From: Deltaproteobacteria bacterium
GTDB lineage: Bacteria; Myxococcota; UBA727; JABDBI01
Assembly: GCA_016432245.1 (NCBI GenBank)
Contig: CP066680.1
Location: 238,303 to 302,302 of the forward strand
Direction: 5' to 3'
Length of the DNA stretch: 64,000 bases
The translations under genes were made by a program, and so were the position numbers. This document shows positions 59,089 to 64,000 of the stretch, piece by piece (the stretch's first letter is position 1; each line of letters opens with the position of its first letter). The notes under the pieces were generated by a model, which saw only the letters and a program-made list of their open reading frames with translations, ran no database searches and was not told where the DNA came from.

Positions 59089-59472
59089 TCACCACATTGT
59101 ACATAAAATTTCACCACCTATACCTAACCTTCTGGCCTCATAATCAACCAAGACACCTCTGGAAGTAGATATAATTGCAAATCCTAACCCATTTCGCACA
59201 TATGGTATTTCTGTTTTTTTTACATAAACTCTTAAACTTGGCTTGCTAACTCTTTTTAATGACTCAATCACTGGTATTCCTAAGCTGTCATACTTTAATT
59301 TTATAAGCAAATTATACCCAATTTTTACGAAATCTTGAATCATACCTTGTTCCTTTAAAATATTTAAAATAGCAATGACAGCACGTGAAGATATAACCTC
59401 CACTTCTTCGCGGCGTACACATTGTGCGTTTCGAATTCTCGTTAACATATCTCCAATTAAATCATTGATCAT
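59089..59472 (-). CDS. rpsH: 30S ribosomal protein S8
   Basis: DLIGDMLTRIRNA ... GLGFAIISTSRGVLVDYEARRLGIGGEILCTMW. Confidence 0.9.
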   Translation of the reverse strand: MINDLIGDMLTRIRNAQCVRREEVEVISSRAVIAILNILKEQGMIQDFVKIGYNLLIKLKYDSLGIPVIESLKRVSKPSLRVYVKKTEIPYVRNGLGFAIISTSRGVLVDYEARRLGIGGEILCTMW

Positions 59473-59475
59473 AAA

Positions 59476-60018
59476 TTATCTCCTCAATGGAAGTCCAAGT
59501 GCCTTTAAAAGAACTTTTCCCTCCAAATCACTCCTTGCTGTTGTTATTATGCTAATATTTAACCCTCTAACTTTATCTATTTTATTATAATCTACCTCGG
59601 GAAAAACGATACATTCTTTCAATCCAATAGATAAATTTCCGCTGCCATCAAATTTGCTAGAAATTCCCCTGAAATCTTTAACTCTTGGTAATGCAATGTT
59701 TATAAACCGATCGAAAAATTCCCACATACGATTTCTTCTTAAGGTAACGAAAACTCCAATCTCGGCTCCTTTACGCAATTTAAAAACTGCGATGGATTTT
59801 TTTGCTTTTGCAATTATTGGTTTTTGTCCGGATATAGACGACAAAATCTCCTTACAATAATCCAGCGATTTAGAATTGGATATAGCTTCCCCAACCCCTA
59901 TGCTTAAGACAATCTTCGATAAGCGCGGCACCCTCATCTCGTTTTCAACTCCAATCTCTTCTTGTATTTTTCTCATAATTTCTGATAAATATAAATGTTT
60001 AATGCGTGGTATGGTCAT
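59476..60018 (-). CDS. rplE: 50S ribosomal protein L5
   Basis: MRVPRLSKIVLSIGVGEA ... GQKPIIAKAKKSIAVFKLRKG ... RGLNISIITTA. Start moved to Met14. Confidence 0.9.
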   Translation of the reverse strand: MTIPRIKHLYLSEIMRKIQEEIGVENEMRVPRLSKIVLSIGVGEAISNSKSLDYCKEILSSISGQKPIIAKAKKSIAVFKLRKGAEIGVFVTLRRNRMWEFFDRFINIALPRVKDFRGISSKFDGSGNLSIGLKECIVFPEVDYNKIDKVRGLNISIITTARSDLEGKVLLKALGLPLRR

Positions 60019-60019
60019 A

Positions 60020-60286
60020 TTAAATTCTCTCTCTGTTTTTCGGATAATAAATTCCACTTTCTATTTTTATCACATTACTTAAATGAATAGATCCTTCTTG
60101 TAGAACGATTCCACCTTCTGGGTGTTTTCTACTTTTTTGTGGTTTTACGTGCCTTTTTATAAAAAGTAAATTTTCAATTTTTATTCGCAAAGACCCTCGA
60201 TCAACCCATAAAACTCTTCCTATTCTTTTCTTAAACGACCCAGAAATTACCTTAACTAAATCACCTGTTTTAATTTTAATTTTCAT
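60020..60286 (-). CDS. rplX: 50S ribosomal protein L24
   Basis: KOW motif IKTGDLVKVISGSFKKRIGRVL and position between rplN and rplE. Confidence 0.85.
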   Translation of the reverse strand: MKIKIKTGDLVKVISGSFKKRIGRVLWVDRGSLRIKIENLLFIKRHVKPQKSRKHPEGGIVLQEGSIHLSNVIKIESGIYYPKNRERI

Positions 60287-60654
60287 CAGAGAACCTCCGG
60301 CGCCAATGACACTATTTTAAAGAAACCTTTCCCTCTCAATTCCCTTGCAACAGGACCAAAAATTCTCGTACCCATGGGTTCTCCATTCTCTGTAAGAATA
60401 ACCGCAGCATTTTTATCAAATCTTATAAAAGAGCCATCAATTCTTGCTATTTCCTTCGAAACCCTAACGATAACCGCTCGTATGACTTCTCCTTTGCGCA
60501 CCTTCGAGGTTGGAATTGCCTCTTTTACACTTGCTACAATTATATCTCCTACAGATGCATATCTACGTTTTGTTCCTCCCAAAACTCGTATGCACATAAT
60601 AATTTTCGCTCCGCTATTATCTGCCACTTCAAGAACTGATTGTACTTGTATCAT
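60286..60654 (-). CDS. rplN: 50S ribosomal protein L14
   Basis: [27 protein letters not shown] ... [13 protein letters not shown]. Confidence 0.95.
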   Translation of the reverse strand: MIQVQSVLEVADNSGAKIIMCIRVLGGTKRRYASVGDIIVASVKEAIPTSKVRKGEVIRAVIVRVSKEIARIDGSFIRFDKNAAVILTENGEPMGTRIFGPVARELRGKGFFKIVSLAPEVL

Positions 60655-60916
60655 AAATCCTCTCCTTTGCAGTGCTTGTAATCGATTCTAATTTCCATCT
60701 TTTTATCTTAGAAAGCGGTCTGGTCTCTCTAATCTCTACTTTATCTCCTAATTGACAATTATTATCTTCGTCATGAACATGATAATTGGAAAACCTTTTA
60801 ATAATTTTATGATATTTTGGGTGTTTTATTGTACTCATTGTCCTTACTATAATGGTTTTATTTGAACTCAATTTAATTACTTCACCTTCTTTTATAAATC
60901 TTTTATATTTCTTCAT
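60629..60916 (-). CDS. rpsQ: 30S ribosomal protein S17
   Basis: [55 protein letters not shown]. Confidence 0.85.
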   Translation of the reverse strand: MKKYKRFIKEGEVIKLSSNKTIIVRTMSTIKHPKYHKIIKRFSNYHVHDEDNNCQLGDKVEIRETRPLSKIKRWKLESITSTAKERIYDTSTISS

Positions 60917-61074
60917 ATCTTTCGATTCCTTAACGTTAAAAATTGAGCTATTAATTTTCTCTTTTTCTTCATTACAGCACTGTTAAACAATCTACCATTT
61001 TTTAAATCAAAACGCAATTGCAATAATTGGTATCTCATTACATTCTCTTGATTACTTCTTTGATTTTTTATCAT
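60913..61074 (-). CDS. rpmC: 50S ribosomal protein L29
   Basis: Hand translation gives [53 protein letters not shown] (53 aa). It fits the uL29 helical hairpin (L...LF.LRfq...gql.n......+r.iAri.T). ATGA overlap with rpsQ. Below the track cutoff. Confidence 0.75.
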   Translation of the reverse strand: MIKNQRSNQENVMRYQLLQLRFDLKNGRLFNSAVMKKKRKLIAQFLTLRNRKI

Positions 61075-61077
61075 AGT

Positions 61078-61494
61078 TCAAATCTCCTTAGATAGAATAA
61101 TAACCTTTGTTTGGACTGGTAATTTTGCACCCGCTAAAACCATTGCCCTAGCTGCAACCTCATCTGAAATCCCATCCATCTCATATAGAATACGTCCTGG
61201 CCTAATTACTGCAACATACCCCTCGACTGCTCCTTTTCCTTTCCCCATTCTTACCTCTGCAGGCTTTTTTGTAATCGGCTTGTCTGGAAATATTCTAATC
61301 CAAACCTTACCACCTCGTCTTACACAGCGTGACAGCACTATTCTTGCTGCTTCAATTTGCTTTGAAGAAATCCATCCACATTCCGTTGCCAAAAGGCCAA
61401 CTGTTCCAAATGATAACCGTCCTCCGACGCAAGCTTTGCCCGTCATCCTACCCTTATGTTGCTTTCTAAACTTCATTTTTGCTGGTGTTAACAT
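61078..61494 (-). CDS. rplP: 50S ribosomal protein L16
   Basis: [19 protein letters not shown] ... [25 protein letters not shown]. Confidence 0.95.
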   Translation of the reverse strand: MLTPAKMKFRKQHKGRMTGKACVGGRLSFGTVGLLATECGWISSKQIEAARIVLSRCVRRGGKVWIRIFPDKPITKKPAEVRMGKGKGAVEGYVAVIRPGRILYEMDGISDEVAARAMVLAGAKLPVQTKVIILSKEI

Positions 61495-62152
61495 GTCCTA
61501 CTTCTCCTTTGCTCTCTGGCTTTGACGAGTTTAATACTTCTCCTTTAAAAATCCAAACCTTACACCCTATAACTCCATATGTAGTCATCGATTCTGCGAA
61601 TCCATAATCTATGTTTGCTCTTATCGTATGCAATGGAACTCTTCCTTCTCGGTACCATTCACTTCGTGCTATATCAGCACCCCCTAATCTGCCGGAAACT
61701 TCTATCTTAATACCCTTAACCCCAACTCTTAAAGCATTATTTATGCCTCTCTTCATCGCTTTCCTATAAGCAATTCTACGTTGAATCTGTTGAGCTACAT
61801 TTTCTGCCACGAGCTGAGCTTCTATCTCAGGTCTTTTTATCTCGCTAATATGTATCATTAACTCAGTTTTAATATTTTTCTGTATTCTACGCCTCAATGA
61901 ATCGATTCCTGCTCCTTTTTTTCCTATGATGAGTCCCGGCTTTAATGTTTGAATCTCTACACAGCATCTATTTATAGATCTCTCAATATGAACACTTCCA
62001 ACCCCCGCCATTTTATACCTTCTTAAAATTTCTTTCCGAATAAAGATATCTTCTCCAAGAATATCCGCATATCCTGATTCACTATACCATCTCGAAAACC
62101 ATGTTCTATTTATTCCTAATCGGAACCCATTTGGATGTACTTTTTGACCCAT
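61466..62152 (-). CDS. rpsC: 30S ribosomal protein S3
   Basis: [13 protein letters not shown] ... [14 protein letters not shown] ... [23 protein letters not shown]. Start moved to Met8. Confidence 0.9.
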   Translation of the reverse strand: MGQKVHPNGFRLGINRTWFSRWYSESGYADILGEDIFIRKEILRRYKMAGVGSVHIERSINRCCVEIQTLKPGLIIGKKGAGIDSLRRRIQKNIKTELMIHISEIKRPEIEAQLVAENVAQQIQRRIAYRKAMKRGINNALRVGVKGIKIEVSGRLGGADIARSEWYREGRVPLHTIRANIDYGFAESMTTYGVIGCKVWIFKGEVLNSSKPESKGEVGHVNTSKNEV

Positions 62153-62162
62153 AATAACCTCT

Positions 62163-62546
62163 CTATACCTCAATTAATTTAAAACAAATATGAGATGATC
62201 GCTTTCTTATTGTAACCGCTCTACCCTTAGATACAGGCATAAACCTTTTCATCATTGGCCCTGAATTTATACAAACTTCTGATATAAATAGTCGAGACAA
62301 ATTAAACCCTTTTGTTTCTGCATTTGCGATTGCGGATTGCAGTACTTTTTTCAAGATTTGAGCAGAGCGTCGTACCTGTACCTGCAATATATCACAAGCA
62401 TCTTTTGCATACTTGCCCCTAACTAAATTGGCAAGAACTCGTACCTTTCTTGCGCTAGCTCTATAACCATTTAAAGAGGCCACTGCTGCTCCCTGCTTCC
62501 TTTGCTCTTTTCTAACTACTGCTTTTATTCGTTCATTCGTTGACAT
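62163..62546 (-). CDS. rplV: 50S ribosomal protein L22
   Basis: RASARKVRVLANLVRGKYAKDACDIL ... MKRFMPVSKGRAVTIRKRSSHI. Confidence 0.9.
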   Translation of the reverse strand: MSTNERIKAVVRKEQRKQGAAVASLNGYRASARKVRVLANLVRGKYAKDACDILQVQVRRSAQILKKVLQSAIANAETKGFNLSRLFISEVCINSGPMMKRFMPVSKGRAVTIRKRSSHICFKLIEV

Positions 62547-62549
62547 ATA

Positions 62550-62831
62550 TTATCCTACCTTTTTTGTTTTCTTTCCAGTCGAGTGAACAGTAAATGTTCG
62601 CGTAGGTGAAAATTCCCCCAATTTATGACCTACCATATTTTCAGTAACATATACTGGTATAAACTTTTTCCCATTATAAACTGCGAATGTTCGTCCTACA
62701 AAATCTGGTGTAATCGTAGATCTGCGAGACCACGTTTTAATAACACTTTTTACACTAACTTCCTTATTGCCCTTAATTTTCTCTAATAAGAAATAGTCCA
62801 CAAATGGACCTTTATTTAAAGATCTAGTCAT
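62550..62831 (-). CDS. rpsS: 30S ribosomal protein S19
   Basis: [12 protein letters not shown] ... [50 protein letters not shown]. Confidence 0.95.
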   Translation of the reverse strand: MTRSLNKGPFVDYFLLEKIKGNKEVSVKSVIKTWSRRSTITPDFVGRTFAVYNGKKFIPVYVTENMVGHKLGEFSPTRTFTVHSTGKKTKKVG

Positions 62832-62832
62832 T

Positions 62833-63660
62833 TTATTTTTTCTTCCTTTTCTTTAAGATAACACTATCCGTGCGTTTATTATTTCGCGTCTTGTATCCTT
62901 TTGCTGGAACACCCCATGGAGACACAGGATGACGTCCTCCTGAGGTTTTACCTTCCCCACCACCATGCGGATGATCTATAGGATTCATAGATACCCCCCT
63001 GTTATGTGGTCTTATTCCAAGCCATCTGGCCCGCCCGGCTTTTCCTATACGAATTAATTCATGCTCTACGTTTCCTACTTGACCTATTGTAGCCATGCAA
63101 TTTAAATCCACAAGACGAATTTCACCTGATGGCATTCTAACGTTTGCATTCTTCTTTTCTTTTGCTACAATCTGTGCGGTCCCACCTGCAGCTCTAACTA
63201 TTTGAGCTCCTTTACCTGGCTTTAATTCGATATTATGAATACCAATTCCAAGTGGAATACTTCTCAAAGGCAAGCAATTTCCCACTTTAATCTCAGAAGC
63301 TTTTCCACTTGTAACAGTATCTCCAACTTTAAGTCCAAGAGGCGCTAAAATATATGATTTAATCCCTGTCGAATAAGAAAGCAACGCTAATCGCGCACTA
63401 CGATTTGGATCATATTCTATGGCCATGACTTTAGCTGGAACATCTAACCATTTTCTACTAAATTCGACCTGTCGAATCTTTCTCTTGTGTCCTCCACCTC
63501 GAAACCTAACAGAAATACGCCCTGAAGACGAATGTGCTGAGATTTTTTTCTTTCCAAATATTAATTTCCTTTCTGGCTTTTTATCTGAAAGGCCTGCAAA
63601 ATCATATCCTGTCATTAATCGTCTCGCAGGGCTTGTTGGTTTATAAAACTTTACTCCCAT
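62833..63660 (-). CDS. rplB: 50S ribosomal protein L2
   Basis: [12 protein letters not shown] ... [10 protein letters not shown] ... [30 protein letters not shown]. Confidence 0.95.
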   Translation of the reverse strand: MGVKFYKPTSPARRLMTGYDFAGLSDKKPERKLIFGKKKISAHSSSGRISVRFRGGGHKRKIRQVEFSRKWLDVPAKVMAIEYDPNRSARLALLSYSTGIKSYILAPLGLKVGDTVTSGKASEIKVGNCLPLRSIPLGIGIHNIELKPGKGAQIVRAAGGTAQIVAKEKKNANVRMPSGEIRLVDLNCMATIGQVGNVEHELIRIGKAGRARWLGIRPHNRGVSMNPIDHPHGGGEGKTSGGRHPVSPWGVPAKGYKTRNNKRTDSVILKKRKKK

Positions 63661-63670
63661 TTGAAACTCC

Positions 63671-63970
63671 TTAATTTCTCATAGAAAATCCAAAAATATT
63701 TGCATTTTCATGTTTTTTTAATAAGATTATGGCCTTCTTCCAATTTGATTCTTTTCCCCAATGTTTTTTTATACGTTTATTTTTCCCTCTAACAATCGCA
63801 GTATTCACACTTATCGCATCTAAATTAAAAAGTTTTTTTAAAGCCTCTTTTATTTGTCTTTTGCTTGAATTTATAGCAACTTCTAATGTTATTTTCTTAT
63901 ACTTTGATTCTAGTAAATTTGACTTTTCGGTAAAAATTGGTCCTTTAAAAACCCAATATAAATTTTTCAT
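63671..63970 (-). CDS. rplW: 50S ribosomal protein L23
   Basis: [48 protein letters not shown] and position upstream of rplB. Confidence 0.85.
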   Translation of the reverse strand: MKNLYWVFKGPIFTEKSNLLESKYKKITLEVAINSSKRQIKEALKKLFNLDAISVNTAIVRGKNKRIKKHWGKESNWKKAIILLKKHENANIFGFSMRN

Positions 63971-64000
63971 GCAAACCTCTCTTGTAATTCCAACATGGCT
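63967..64000 (-). CDS. rplD: 3' end of the upstream ribosomal protein gene, presumably L4 (truncated by window edge)
   Basis: The minus strand reads ...[10 protein letters not shown] with the TGA of an ATGA overlap onto the rplW start. The identity comes only from the conserved S10-operon order (rplD-rplW-rplB). Confidence 0.4.
   Translation of the reverse strand, partial: AMLELQERFA

Overview
Very AT-rich (about 30% G+C by eye), tightly packed bacterial chromosome segment. Most gaps are under 130 nt and there are many ATGA or overlapping gene junctions. It consists almost entirely of core housekeeping genes. These include most of the S10-spc ribosomal-protein superoperon (rplD fragment to rplO, minus strand, 56.9-64 kb), secE-nusG-rplKAJL, rpsF-rplI, rpsB-tsf, rpmE, rpmF and rpsP-rimM-trmD. 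There are seven aminoacyl-tRNA synthetase genes (metG, gltX, alaS, glyQ, glyS, hisS, proS). Replication and repair genes are dnaA, dnaE, gyrA, recA, mutS, mutL, xseA/xseB, a family-4 UDG and two Xer recombinases. Also present are atpB-atpE, brnQ, mreB, a murF fragment and 12 tRNA genes. I found no rRNA, CRISPR, transposase, phage or recognisable defence or toxin genes. The genetic code is standard: tRNA-Trp has anticodon CCA and TGA is used as a stop. The picture fits a reduced, probably host-associated bacterium with some proteobacterial-type genes (orn, erpA, rlmE, glyQS), but the lineage cannot be fixed from this window. I did not find a clear new multi-gene system. The points worth a second look are: (1) a strong C>G skew on the + strand across the whole window regardless of gene orientation, with + strand-encoded proteins depleted in GNN-encoded residues; (2) dnaA sitting inside this skew domain without dnaN, rpmH or DnaA boxes; (3) a 524-codon orphan ORF with no glycine codon, next to two more orphans and tRNA-Gln; (4) conserved operons with precise gene losses or new junctions (no rpsN, no rpsR, no tuf in the thrU-tyrU-glyT-thrT-type tRNA cluster, rplO-brnQ-gyrA instead of rplO-secY); (5) apparent pseudo-enzymes and a small basic ORF upstream of secE. 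Two ribosomal-protein genes below the ORF-track cutoff (rpmF, rpmC) were recovered by hand.
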